Origin: an uncultured Christensenellaceae bacterium | Lineage (GTDB): Bacteria > Bacillota > Clostridia > Christensenellales > Christensenellaceae | Length of the DNA: 64,000 nt | Assembly: GCA_964628515.1 (NCBI GenBank) | Contig: CAZVNZ010000010.1 | Coordinates: 22,190-86,189 of the forward strand | Direction of reading: 5' to 3' | In this document: piece by piece, positions 36,496-45,492 of the stretch | How the letters are laid out: each line of letters starts with the position of its first letter | Position numbering within the stretch: position 1 is the first letter of the stretch | The notes under the pieces: generated by a model | What the model was told of the DNA's origin: nothing | What the model saw: the letters and a program-made list of their open reading frames with translations, nothing else | The model's database searches: none | Position numbers and translations under genes: made by a program

Positions 36496-37248
36496 TTGTA
36501 TTATAATATGGCTATGAATAACAAAATATACATTGCAACATTTGCAGAAAATTGCCTGTATTATGCAGAAAAATATAATTGCGGTTTGGAAATAGACGAG
36601 TTTTGTACCGCCGATAATATGGCTATGTTTAAAGAATGGCAAAAAAAATTTAATGAATATTTCACAACAACCGAAGATTTTATAATCCACGCACCCTTTA
36701 ACGACCTTGTACCCGTAAGTATAGACAGCAAAATCAGAGAGGTGGCACTACTTAGGTATCATCAAATATTTGAAATTGCGGACAAACTTAATGTTAGAAA
36801 GCTAAACTTCCACACGGGGTATATTCCAAACACCACTTTTGAGGAGTGGTATTTTGATAACTTTAAAGAATTTTGGTTTAAATTAGGCACGCAGTACAAA
36901 GAGTTTGAAGTGGTAATAGAAAATGTATTTGAGAGTAATCCATTTTCTCTTAAAAAAACGGTGGACGAAATAAACTTAGACAACATAGGCTTGTGCTTAG
37001 ATGTTGGGCATGTAAACTGCTCTTCCGATTGTACGGTGGAAAAATGGATAGAAGTTTTCTACGACAGGCTAAGGCATATGCACATTCACAATAACAAAGG
37101 TGTTGTAGACGACCATAACGGAATAACCGAGGGGGATATAGACGTGCTTAGCGCACTAAATACCGCACCTGAGGGAGTAGGCGCCACAATAGAGTGTTCG
37201 GACGTAAAAAGCTCGCTGAAATTTCTTAAAACGGTTGACATTATCTAA
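36496..37248 (+). CDS. sugar phosphate isomerase/epimerase (xylose isomerase-like TIM barrel / AP endonuclease 2 family)
   Basis: 250 aa. Conserved metal-ligand context ...HAPF...NFHTGY...CLDVGH... Start may be at MAMNNK a few codons downstream. Confidence 0.6.
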   Translation: MYYNMAMNNKIYIATFAENCLYYAEKYNCGLEIDEFCTADNMAMFKEWQKKFNEYFTTTEDFIIHAPFNDLVPVSIDSKIREVALLRYHQIFEIADKLNVRKLNFHTGYIPNTTFEEWYFDNFKEFWFKLGTQYKEFEVVIENVFESNPFSLKKTVDEINLDNIGLCLDVGHVNCSSDCTVEKWIEVFYDRLRHMHIHNNKGVVDDHNGITEGDIDVLSALNTAPEGVGATIECSDVKSSLKFLKTVDII

Positions 37249-37302
37249 TAAATATAATATAATAGCTTACGTTACGCAACCTAATGGGTGCAAAACATAT
37301 GT

Positions 37303-37379
37303 GGCGGCATAGCTCAGCTGGCTAGAGCATTCGGTTCATACCCGAAAGGTCGTAGGTTCGAATCTTACTGCCGCTACCA
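37303..37379 (+). tRNA. tRNA-Met (anticodon CAT), elongator type
   Basis: GGCGGCA-TA-GCTC-AGCTGGCTA-GAGC-A-TTCGG-TTCATAC-CCGAA-AGGTC-GTAGG-TTCGAAT-CTTAC-TGCCGCT-ACCA. It is near-identical in the 5' half to B. subtilis elongator tRNA-Met. Pair 1:72 is G:U rather than the initiator C:A mismatch, and the anticodon stem lacks the three G-C pairs of initiator tRNA. CCA is encoded. Confidence 0.85.
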
Positions 37380-37461
37380 TTTTTTTAAAACAAAGCAGAA
37401 AGTTTCTGCTAAAGGGCAAATTGCCGTAAAGCATAAAGCAAAACCGGTTTAATTTGAAAAA

Positions 37462-37555
37462 TATACTAAAACCCGTAAGGGTGATGCACTCTTAGAGGAG
37501 TGAAGCGCTCATAAGGGTGAGGCAGTTGCAACGCACCCGAAAGGGTGTTTTTTTT
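37462..37555 (+). promoter_or_regulatory. putative structured leader/attenuator upstream of prfB: -10-like TATACT (37462-37467), three short GNRA/UAAG-loop hairpins (acccGUAAgggu; cacucUUAGAGgagug; cucaUAAGGGugag) and an intrinsic terminator cacccGAAAgggug + U8 (37534-37555) abutting the prfB RBS
   Basis: Hairpins and U-tract are read directly. The U-tract runs straight into AGGAGAGG (37556-37563), the RBS of prfB. Confidence 0.4.
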
Positions 37556-37568
37556 AGGAGAGGTACAA

Positions 37569-38675
37569 GTGATAGTCGTAGACGCACAAAAGCAAAGGTT
37601 AACAGATACAAAAAAGTTGTTGGACGAAGTTAAGGGCGGACTTAATCTGCCCCAACTTAAAGAGGAATTGCAACAACTTAATGAACAAATGGAAAGCTCG
37701 GATTTTTGGAATAACGTGGAGAATGCCAACATCATCACAAAAAAAGCAAAACCCATTAAGGCAAAAATTACTGAGTACGAAAAGCTGGCAACCAAGTACG
37801 AGGATTTGGAAGTTTTAATCGAAATGACGGAAGAATCTCAAGACGAAAGTTTGCTAACCGAGCTAAACACAGATTTATCCGCTTTTGAGGAAAATGTTTC
37901 GGATTTTCATTTGCAAACCTTACTTTCCGGAAAATACGACAGTTGCAACGCAATTATATCTTTGCATGCAGGGGCGGGTGGCACGGAGGCGCAGGACTGG
38001 GCGGAAATGCTTATGCGTATGTATACACGCTTTTCCGAAAGACGTGGCTACGATGTAAAAATTTTGGACTACTTAGACGGGGACGAGGCAGGTGTAAAAA
38101 GTGTTACTCTGCTGATTTCCGGAGATTACGCCTACGGCTATATTAAGGGAGAAAAGGGGGTACACAGGCTTGTACGTATTTCTCCTTTCGATTCTAATTC
38201 AAGAAGGCATACCTCCTTTGTTTCTTTAGATGTTATGCCGGAAATTGAGGACGATGATAACGATATTGTAATTTCTCCCGAGGATATGCGTGTGGACACT
38301 TACAGGGCGTCGGGGGCAGGCGGACAACACGTAAATAAGACGGAATCCGCCATAAGAATTACCCACCTACCCACAGGAATTGTGGTGCAATGCCAAAACG
38401 AGCGCTCTCAAATACAAAACAGAGAAACGGCAATGCGTATGCTAAAATCCAAATTAGCGGAAAAAAAGGAAGAGGAAAGGCTTGCTGAAATCTCTAAACT
38501 AAAAGGCAACCAAAAGAAAATAGAATGGGGCAGCCAAATACGCAGTTATGTTTTTTGCCCCTACACAATGGTTAAAGACCACAGGACAAACGTAGAAACG
38601 GGGAACATTACAGCGGTAATGGATGGGGAAATAGATAATTTTATTAAAGCTTATCTGGTTTCTAATATGGAATAA
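37569..38675 (+). CDS. prfB: peptide chain release factor 2 (single ORF; no programmed +1 frameshift site)
   Basis: The SPF and GGQ loops are both present (SPFDSNSRRHTS... and RASGAGGQHVNKTESAIRITHLPTGIVV). I placed the start at GTG 37569 (RBS AGGAGAGG, 5-nt spacer). The track ORF start at 37545 lies inside the terminator U-tract. No CTT-TGA-C frameshift motif exists in the first 40 codons or upstream. Confidence 0.85.
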   Translation: MIVVDAQKQRLTDTKKLLDEVKGGLNLPQLKEELQQLNEQMESSDFWNNVENANIITKKAKPIKAKITEYEKLATKYEDLEVLIEMTEESQDESLLTELNTDLSAFEENVSDFHLQTLLSGKYDSCNAIISLHAGAGGTEAQDWAEMLMRMYTRFSERRGYDVKILDYLDGDEAGVKSVTLLISGDYAYGYIKGEKGVHRLVRISPFDSNSRRHTSFVSLDVMPEIEDDDNDIVISPEDMRVDTYRASGAGGQHVNKTESAIRITHLPTGIVVQCQNERSQIQNRETAMRMLKSKLAEKKEEERLAEISKLKGNQKKIEWGSQIRSYVFCPYTMVKDHRTNVETGNITAVMDGEIDNFIKAYLVSNME

Positions 38676-38715
38676 ACAAATAAGTGTAATAATAGGAAGT
38701 TAGTTAGGTGAAGTT

Positions 38716-40605
38716 ATGTACGCAACACTTGATAACGCAAGTGTAAGTTTTTTAGATAAACTGATATTTAAAAATGTTAGTGTAACCATAAATAAGGGAG
38801 ATCGCATTGGCTTAATAGGAGCTAACGGCGCCGGAAAAACCACCCTTTTAAACACGCTTACCAAAAAATTAATACCCGAAGAGGGTAATGTTATTTACAA
38901 ATCTCACCTTGTTATAGGCTTTTTACAGCAAAATAGCGGACTTGATGTGGCACGCACAATAATGGAAGAAATGCGAGATGCGTTTGCCTACGAGGAAGAT
39001 TTACTTAAAAAAATGCGTATTCTCGAGGAAAAAATGGCGCAGGACAATAAAGAGGAGTATGCCAAAGAGTATGCCTCCTATTTAAGCATTTTTGAGCACA
39101 GAGACGGTTATAATATAGATGTTAATATTAATAAAGTGCTAAACGGCATGGGTTTTTCTAACTTCGATTTAAGCATAAGTGCTTTATCGGGAGGGGAGAA
39201 AACTCGCCTTGCCATTGCAAAACTACTACTGGAAAACCCACAACTGCTAATACTGGACGAGCCTACAAACCACTTGGATTTTAACACGCTAAAGTGGCTG
39301 GAAAACTATCTGCAAGGGTATAAGGGCTCTATAATTGTGGTATCCCACGACAGATATTTTTTAGATAAAATCACCAATAAAATTTGGGAAATTGAGGATA
39401 AACAGCTTTTTGAGTATAAGGGGAACTACACCGCTTTCAGATTGGAAAAGGCGAATAAAATTTCCTTTCAAACCAAGGAATACGAAAAGCAATCAAGGCA
39501 AATTGACGCAATGAAGGACTATGCGGTGCGCAATATGGCAAGAGCGTCTACGGCAACAAGAGCCAAAAGCCGTTTAAAACTGTTAGACCAAATGGAGATT
39601 ATAGAAAAGCCCAAAACTCAGGTAAAAGCCCCGAATTTTTCCTTTGAGTTTGATAAAAACTCGGTAAATGATGTACTTACGGTAGCAGATATTGATGTGT
39701 GCGTTGGGGAGGAAATGCGTTGCATAGTAAAGGGAGTTTCCTTCGAGATAAAAAAAGGGGAAAAGGTTGCAATAATAGGAGAAAACGGCACGGGAAAATC
39801 CACCCTGCTTAAACAACTCCTAAAAGGGCAGGATATTAATATTGTGTGGGGGAAAAACACAGCCCCCGGTTTTTACGAGCAGGAGCATAGAGAGTTTAAT
39901 CCAAACAACACGGCCTTGCAGGAGGTAATTACTTGGTATCCTCACCTGTTAGAATACAATGCAAGGGGTGCGTTAGGAAGGGTGCTATTAACGGGTGAAA
40001 ACGTTTACAAGCACGTAAAAAGCCTAAGCGGTGGGGAAAGGGCAAAGCTTGGTTTTGCCATATTAATGTGCGGAGATTTTAACGTACTGGTTTTAGACGA
40101 GCCTACAAACCATTTGGATTTTATTTCAAGAGAAAGTTTAGAGGGCGCCTTACAAAAGTACGAGGGCACGCTTATTTTTGTTTCTCACGACAGATACTTT
40201 GTAAATGCCCTTGCAAGCAGAGTATTTGAAATTTCCGACTCTAAACTAAACATATACGAAGGCAATTTCGATTTTTACGAGGAAAGCAAATATACCCAAT
40301 CGGGGAAACGGGAAATAAACCCTATTAATAAAAGTAGCGAAAAAAACGAGAAAGACAGGCAAACGCCAAAAGGGGAAAACAGAAAGGAAAAACGAGCACA
40401 AGAGGCAAAACGCAGGGAAAATACAAGCCGTGTGGAAAAAGCAATGGCGGAAATAGAAAAGGAAGAAGCAAAACTAAAGCAGGAAATAGAAGAAAATCCT
40501 GCGGATTATCAACTGTTAAGCGATAACTGTAAACGTTTACAAGACCTTAAACAACAGTATGAGGCGTATATGGAAGAATGGATTTTGTTAGATTCGCAAG
40601 ATTAA
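38716..40605 (+). CDS. ABC-F family ATPase (tandem ABC domains, no TMD; Uup/EttA-like translation factor with C-terminal charged coiled coil)
   Basis: 629 aa. Two Walker A motifs (GANGAGKTT; GENGTGKST), two LSGGE signatures, an inter-domain linker and a KE-rich C-terminal extension. Confidence 0.85.
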   Translation: MYATLDNASVSFLDKLIFKNVSVTINKGDRIGLIGANGAGKTTLLNTLTKKLIPEEGNVIYKSHLVIGFLQQNSGLDVARTIMEEMRDAFAYEEDLLKKMRILEEKMAQDNKEEYAKEYASYLSIFEHRDGYNIDVNINKVLNGMGFSNFDLSISALSGGEKTRLAIAKLLLENPQLLILDEPTNHLDFNTLKWLENYLQGYKGSIIVVSHDRYFLDKITNKIWEIEDKQLFEYKGNYTAFRLEKANKISFQTKEYEKQSRQIDAMKDYAVRNMARASTATRAKSRLKLLDQMEIIEKPKTQVKAPNFSFEFDKNSVNDVLTVADIDVCVGEEMRCIVKGVSFEIKKGEKVAIIGENGTGKSTLLKQLLKGQDINIVWGKNTAPGFYEQEHREFNPNNTALQEVITWYPHLLEYNARGALGRVLLTGENVYKHVKSLSGGERAKLGFAILMCGDFNVLVLDEPTNHLDFISRESLEGALQKYEGTLIFVSHDRYFVNALASRVFEISDSKLNIYEGNFDFYEESKYTQSGKREINPINKSSEKNEKDRQTPKGENRKEKRAQEAKRRENTSRVEKAMAEIEKEEAKLKQEIEENPADYQLLSDNCKRLQDLKQQYEAYMEEWILLDSQD

Positions 40606-40623
40606 TAAATGTGCTACTTCGTT

Positions 40624-40652
40624 GACATATTTATTAGCCTCTGTTATACTAA
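40624..40652 (+). promoter_or_regulatory. strong sigma-A promoter (TTGACA, 17 bp, TATACT) about 230 nt upstream of the HD-GYP response regulator gene
   Basis: ttgacatatttattagcctctgttatact is read directly. The implied 5' UTR is about 200 nt. Confidence 0.45.
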
Positions 40653-40857
40653 CCGCAAGTCATATTATTGTCAAAATTAAATTTTTACAGAGATTTATGT
40701 AAAAAAGAATTGCAAAGTGATACTTCTTATGAAACATTTTGCGCTAAAATTAGCATTAAAGTGCAAATTCGTTAATATTATTTTTGCCGTGTGCATATAA
40801 TATAAATAGATAAACTAATAAAGAATTAATTATGTTCAAATTATGGGGGGATAAAGT

Positions 40858-41868
40858 TTGAAGCAATTAATACTTATTATAGATGATAGTTGGAGTAACA
40901 AGGACAGCTTAGAGAGAATTTTAAAGGTGCGGTATAATGTAATGCGTGCATCTAATTTTGCTAATGCTATAGATGCCATAGAAGATAACGGCGTAGAACT
41001 GATTTTCCTAAATTTGTCCTTGCCATGTTCTAAAGATATAATCGACTTTATTAATTTTAACAAGCTAAGCATTCCGATTTTGTTTATTTGTGCATCCGCA
41101 AGTATTTTAAATGTAAACACATTTATGTACGATTACGTAACACCTCCGTTTATTCCCCACCTTATTTTAAACAAGGTAAAAAATTTATTTGAGCTGGTTA
41201 AGTGCAAAAAAAGCTTAAGCACTTTTGAGGATGAGTTGGACAAAAAGATGGAAGTGCTAAGAAACGCCTTTTCTTCCACTATGTGCAGTCTTTCGGAGTA
41301 CAGAAATATAGAAACTATAAACCACGTAAAACGCATTAGCCTGTACACAAAAAGTGTGCTGGTATTTCTATCCGAAAATATTTATGATGGCGAATTTACA
41401 GAAAAAAACATAAATATCGCCTCTACCGCATCAATGTTGCACGATGTGGGTTTAATAGGCATTTCGGACGAAGTGCTAAAGCAAAAAAGCAAATTTACCC
41501 AAAAAGAGGAAGGCATGTTTTTCAAGCATACGATTATAGGTTGCAAAATTGTGGAAAAAATGCGTAACAACAATGCAAACAGCGCCTTTTTAAATGTTAG
41601 CCATGATATTTGCAAATATCATCACGAAAGGTGGGACGGCTCGGGGTATCCCAATAAGTGCTCCGGACAGGATATACCAATTTATGCGCAAGTGGTGGGC
41701 TTGGTGGACGTTTACGACGAGCTTACCTCAAAGCAGGAATTATTGCACGAAAAAGCGGTTAACCTAATTAAAAGTGGGGGCGCAGGCTCCTTTTCCCCCG
41801 TACTTCTGGAAACAATAAATTTAATACCCGACGAGCTTTGCTATATTAAAGAGCAGTACAGCGACTAA
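40858..41868 (+). CDS. response regulator with HD-GYP phosphodiesterase domain (c-di-GMP hydrolase type)
   Basis: 336 aa with a TTG start after ggggg. REC-like N-terminus LILIIDDSWSNKDSLERILK. The C-terminal HD-GYP motifs are HDVGLIG and HHERWDGSGYP. Confidence 0.8.
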   Translation: MKQLILIIDDSWSNKDSLERILKVRYNVMRASNFANAIDAIEDNGVELIFLNLSLPCSKDIIDFINFNKLSIPILFICASASILNVNTFMYDYVTPPFIPHLILNKVKNLFELVKCKKSLSTFEDELDKKMEVLRNAFSSTMCSLSEYRNIETINHVKRISLYTKSVLVFLSENIYDGEFTEKNINIASTASMLHDVGLIGISDEVLKQKSKFTQKEEGMFFKHTIIGCKIVEKMRNNNANSAFLNVSHDICKYHHERWDGSGYPNKCSGQDIPIYAQVVGLVDVYDELTSKQELLHEKAVNLIKSGGAGSFSPVLLETINLIPDELCYIKEQYSD

Positions 41869-41973
41869 TTTTTTCTTTATGGTGATCCGCCTAAAAAAGC
41901 GGTTGATTAAGGGATTTATTTAAGTTTATTACACCTGTTTTTGTGTGTAAAACCCCTCCGTAAAAGGTTGCCA

Positions 41974-42034
41974 TTGCATTAAAGCAATTATTTTACATAA
42001 AACTATTGCTTTTAAGCAATGGTGGTGTTATACT
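41974..42034 (+). promoter_or_regulatory. promoter/operator of the S24-repressor gene: palindromes TTGCATTAAAGCAA (41974-41987) and ATTGCTTTTAAGCAAT (42005-42020) overlapping -35 TTGCTT (42006-42011); -10 TATACT (42029-42034)
   Basis: The dyads are read directly. The arrangement suggests autorepression. It is not a canonical Firmicute Cheo box (GAAC-N4-GTTC). Confidence 0.45.
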
Positions 42035-42056
42035 GTTAAAAACAGGAGGAATTTAT

Positions 42057-42653
42057 ATGGATACACAACTACTTATAGAGCTTATAAAGCGTGCAATGGG
42101 GGAGTACAGCATTAATACCTTTGCAGAAAAGGCAGGCATTAATGCAGGCAATTTATCGAGGGTGCTTAGAGGGCAAAATGTAAGTGCAGAGTTGCTGTTA
42201 AAAATTGCGGATGCCTCGCAGGATAGGGTTTCCTCTCAAGAATTACTGTTTGCCGCAGGATATACGGGGGCAAAAATACCAATTTACGGCACGGTAGCCG
42301 CAGGGAGCCCCATAAATGCTTACGAGGAAATGGACGGCTTTGTGGAAATAAGCGACATAGACACAAGCAGAGCGGATTACTTTGCTTTGCGTATAAGGGG
42401 TAACTCCATGGATGCGGCGCACATACCGGATAAAAGTGTGGTAGTGGTACAAAAGCAAAGCACATTACAAAACGGCGAGATAGGTGTATTTGAAATAGAG
42501 GGGGAGGCAACGGTAAAACAGCTTGCAAGGGCAGGCAGTAATATTGTCCTTATGCCTGTAAGCACGGACGAAAGCCACAAACCCCAAGTTTACGACAACA
42601 GTTACAACGTACATGTACTGGGCAAGGTAGTAAAAGCGATAATAGATGTATAA
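42057..42653 (+). CDS. XRE-family HTH plus S24 (LexA/UmuD-like) peptidase repressor
   Basis: Start at MDTQLL (RBS aggagga). The N-terminal HTH is FAEKAGINAGNLSRVLRGQ. The C-terminal S24 domain has the Ser-Lys dyad context (RIRGNSMDAAHI...; ...ATVKQLARAG) and a cleavage-site-like AAG. Confidence 0.75.
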   Translation: MDTQLLIELIKRAMGEYSINTFAEKAGINAGNLSRVLRGQNVSAELLLKIADASQDRVSSQELLFAAGYTGAKIPIYGTVAAGSPINAYEEMDGFVEISDIDTSRADYFALRIRGNSMDAAHIPDKSVVVVQKQSTLQNGEIGVFEIEGEATVKQLARAGSNIVLMPVSTDESHKPQVYDNSYNVHVLGKVVKAIIDV

Positions 42654-42677
42654 ATTATCCATAACCGCAAACTATAT

Positions 42678-42710
42678 ACTAATCACTAACACTAACCACT
42701 AACCACTAAA
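42678..42710. repeat. short tandem heptamer repeat (A/C)CACTAA x4 in the repressor-polymerase intergenic region
   Basis: The sequence aatCACTAACACTAACCACTAACCACTAAaaa is read directly. Confidence 0.5.
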
Positions 42711-42740
42711 AAGGGACAGTATCAAAAAAAGGTGATAATT

Positions 42741-43964
42741 ATGCAAAGAGTAATACTACACGTAGATATGAATAATTTCTATGCAAGTGTAGAATGTTTC
42801 CTAAACCCAAAATTAAGAGACCAAGCAGTAGCGGTATGCGGAGATGCGGATATGAGGCACGGCATAATACTGGCTAAAAATCAGCTTGCAAAAAAATGTG
42901 GTGTAAAAACGGGGGAGGCCATTTGGCAGGCAACGCTAAAATGCCCTAAATTAGTGTGTATAAAGGCAAATTACAAAAACTATGTAAAGTTTTCCAATTT
43001 AGCAAGGGGTATTTATTTAAGGTACACAAATAAAATGGAGCCCTTCGGCTTGGACGAGGCATGGCTGGATATTTCTTCAAAATATATGGACATACAAAAA
43101 GGGGAGGAGTTTGCAAACAATTTAAGAGATATAATAAAAAAGGAGCTTGGCATAACCGCATCTGTGGGGGTAAGCTTTAATAAAGTATTTGCAAAATTAG
43201 CTTCGGATATGCAAAAACCGGATGCAACCACGGTAATTTCCAAGGAAAACTTTAAATCTGTAATATGGAGACTGCCTGCCTCCGATTTACTTTATGTGGG
43301 TAGAAGCACCAAAAAAAAATTAGAAAAAAAGAACATAATAACCATAGGAGACCTGGCAAAAGCAAAAAAGGAGTATTTAAAAAGTTTTTTGGGCAAATGG
43401 GGCGAAACCCTTTATTTATACGCAAACGGCTTAGAGACAAGCGAGGTTTTAGAATCGGAATACAAAAGAGAAATTAAATCGGTGGGGAACAGCTCCACCA
43501 CCAAACACGATTTAACAACCATTACAGATGTAAAAAACGTGCTGTATTCTTTAAGCGAAAATGTGGCTATGCGTTTAAAAAAATATTGTTTGCAGGGCAG
43601 CTGCGTACAACTTTACGTACGCAAAAACACTTTGGAATATTTTACAAGGCAGGCGGTACTGGGGTACTATACCGATTTAACCAAAGACATTTACAACAGC
43701 GCAATGGGGCTTTTTCTTAAGCATTGCGACTTGCAAACCCCCATAAGAAGCATGGGGGTTAGATGCACAAAAGTGGTTTCAACAAAGGAAAAACAGCTAA
43801 ATATGTTTGAAGATTTAAAAAACATACAAATAGAAAATGCCATAGAGCAGGTGCGCAGAAGGTTTGGGAGCAACAGCGTCTTAAGAGGTACGGTGCTTTT
43901 AGAGCAGGATTTAGCGGAATTAGGGGAGGAGAGGCGAAGTATTTTCCCTCAAAATAATTTATGA
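42741..43964 (+). CDS. Y-family DNA polymerase (DinB/UmuC-like; translesion synthesis)
   Basis: N-terminus MQRVILHVDMNNFYASVEC...AVAVCGD... is the diagnostic Y-family start. The ATG at 42741 follows RBS aggtga, whereas the track start is GTG 42732. Confidence 0.85.
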   Translation: MQRVILHVDMNNFYASVECFLNPKLRDQAVAVCGDADMRHGIILAKNQLAKKCGVKTGEAIWQATLKCPKLVCIKANYKNYVKFSNLARGIYLRYTNKMEPFGLDEAWLDISSKYMDIQKGEEFANNLRDIIKKELGITASVGVSFNKVFAKLASDMQKPDATTVISKENFKSVIWRLPASDLLYVGRSTKKKLEKKNIITIGDLAKAKKEYLKSFLGKWGETLYLYANGLETSEVLESEYKREIKSVGNSSTTKHDLTTITDVKNVLYSLSENVAMRLKKYCLQGSCVQLYVRKNTLEYFTRQAVLGYYTDLTKDIYNSAMGLFLKHCDLQTPIRSMGVRCTKVVSTKEKQLNMFEDLKNIQIENAIEQVRRRFGSNSVLRGTVLLEQDLAELGEERRSIFPQNNL

Positions 43965-44188
43965 AAAAATATATAGATGTACTTGCAAAATTTAGGAGTG
44001 ATGGTACAATAGTACCCATAGCGTTTTTTAACGAGGAAGGCACAAAATACTTTATTTCAAGAATAACCGCTATGATAAATGCCGCCAGTATGAAGTGTGG
44101 TGGCTTGGGTTTAAGATACACTTGCTACCTTGGCAACAAAATGTTTTATTTGTATTTAGAGGACAACAAATGGTTTTTGGACAGCTAA
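43961..44188 (+). CDS. small protein downstream of the Y-family polymerase (YolD-like position)
   Basis: 75 aa, overlapping the polymerase stop (ATGA). In Bacillus the UmuC-like yqjW/uvrX genes are followed by yolD-like small genes. Only the length and position support this, so the assignment is tentative. Confidence 0.4.
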   Translation: MKKYIDVLAKFRSDGTIVPIAFFNEEGTKYFISRITAMINAASMKCGGLGLRYTCYLGNKMFYLYLEDNKWFLDS

Positions 44189-44213
44189 GAAATAAATATA
44201 ATAAGAGGTATTA

Positions 44214-44774
44214 ATGAAAATATCGGCAAAAAGAATGATAACAATAGGATTATTTACCGCACTTTTGGCAATAGGAGCTTTTATAAAAGTGCCCTTTTAC
44301 CCCGTTTCCTTTACTATGCAAACTTTTGTTGCGGTAATGGCAGGCATGATATTAGGTGCAAAGGACGGCGCAATTGCCGTTGCTATATACATTATTATAG
44401 GGCTTGCAGGCGTACCCATATTTACAACGGGTGGAGGACCAATGTATGTTTTTCAACCCACCTTCGGCTATCTTCCTGGGATGATATTAGCCGCTCTTGT
44501 AAGCGGTGTGCTTTATAAAAAAGCAGGGGGCAAGTTTATGAAGGTACTGTTAAGTGGAATTGCAGGCATGCTTTTAATATATGCCACAGGAGTACCCTAT
44601 TTATACCTTATGCTAAATTACTATATAGGCAAAACCACAACTTTTGCAGGTGTGCTTAGTGCAGGGTTTTTGGCTTACGTAGTCGGAGACACTCTAACGG
44701 TGGTTTTAGCCGCATTGGTAGCCCCTAAACTAAGCAAAATTTATAATAAAAACAATGCACTTCAAAGTACATAA
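44214..44774 (+). CDS. bioY: biotin transporter BioY (ECF-type S component)
   Basis: 186 aa. Conserved BioY motifs ...PFYPVSFTMQTFVAVMAGMILGAKDGA... and 6 TM. Confidence 0.85.
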   Translation: MKISAKRMITIGLFTALLAIGAFIKVPFYPVSFTMQTFVAVMAGMILGAKDGAIAVAIYIIIGLAGVPIFTTGGGPMYVFQPTFGYLPGMILAALVSGVLYKKAGGKFMKVLLSGIAGMLLIYATGVPYLYLMLNYYIGKTTTFAGVLSAGFLAYVVGDTLTVVLAALVAPKLSKIYNKNNALQST

Positions 44775-44910
44775 ATATGCAAAACCCACTGTTACACACA
44801 ATTTAACCAAAAAACAGCAAAAAGCCTTTAACTAAAGATATGAAAACGTTTGCAAGACCCATGAAACACAGCGTATTTTAAGGATATTTTCCGTGGGTTT
44901 GGGTTTATTT

Positions 44911-45417
44911 TCAGCCTTCAATTTTAATTATTTTAGATTTATAAGCTAAGAGAAAATTCATAATAATTATATATATTATACATAATACTAATGTACCCGG
45001 TAGCCTTAAAGGCAGTAAAACCAAGAAGGGTGTGCCGTAAAAAATTGACTGCCATAGGGTGTTTAGCAGAGCGGAGCATATAATTTGTATTAGGGTAACT
45101 TTTAGGGATGTTTTTAAAATGGTGGTTTGCTTTTGGTAAAACATTAACCCCCCAAGTACTCCGTACAGTGCCATAGTTAAGGTGAAAATAGGGTTGTAAC
45201 CGCCACTGTTTTTAATCATAGATGCAATAAAATCGGCTACACCACCCACAATGCCCCCTGTAACGGGGCCAAACACCGCACCGGAAAGCATAATTACGGT
45301 AGGCATTAGGGAAACTTTAATTTCCGGAGTAATGTAGAAGGTAAGTAGGGTGCCCAGTAATGCGGAAATCGCAATAAAAACGGCACAATAAGTAATTTTT
45401 TTTGTGTTCTTTGACAT
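44911..45417 (-). CDS. folT: ECF transporter S component, folate family (FolT-like)
   Basis: 168-aa six-TM protein. It is immediately downstream of a THF riboswitch, an arrangement that defines folT loci in Firmicutes. Confidence 0.7.
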   Translation of the reverse strand: MSKNTKKITYCAVFIAISALLGTLLTFYITPEIKVSLMPTVIMLSGAVFGPVTGGIVGGVADFIASMIKNSGGYNPIFTLTMALYGVLGGLMFYQKQTTILKTSLKVTLIQIICSALLNTLWQSIFYGTPFLVLLPLRLPGTLVLCIIYIIIMNFLLAYKSKIIKIEG

Positions 45418-45492
45418 AATAAAAAACCTCTCTTATATAGATATTTGTAATATAGGTAGTACACGCATATCTAAAAAGAAAAATTCTTTATA

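Noticed and set aside
37545-37568. Track start codon GTG 37545 for prfB, and a search for the canonical RF2 +1 frameshift site
   Set aside because: The GTG at 37545 lies inside the terminator U-tract and upstream of the RBS AGGAGAGG, so GTG 37569 is the likelier start. No CTT-TGA-C motif or alternative-frame N-terminal ORF exists, so this prfB is unframeshifted.
40606-40857. Possible c-di-GMP riboswitch in the roughly 200-nt leader of the HD-GYP response regulator gene
   Set aside because: I could find none of the conserved GEMM-I/II sequence blocks. I report the long leader but make no riboswitch call.
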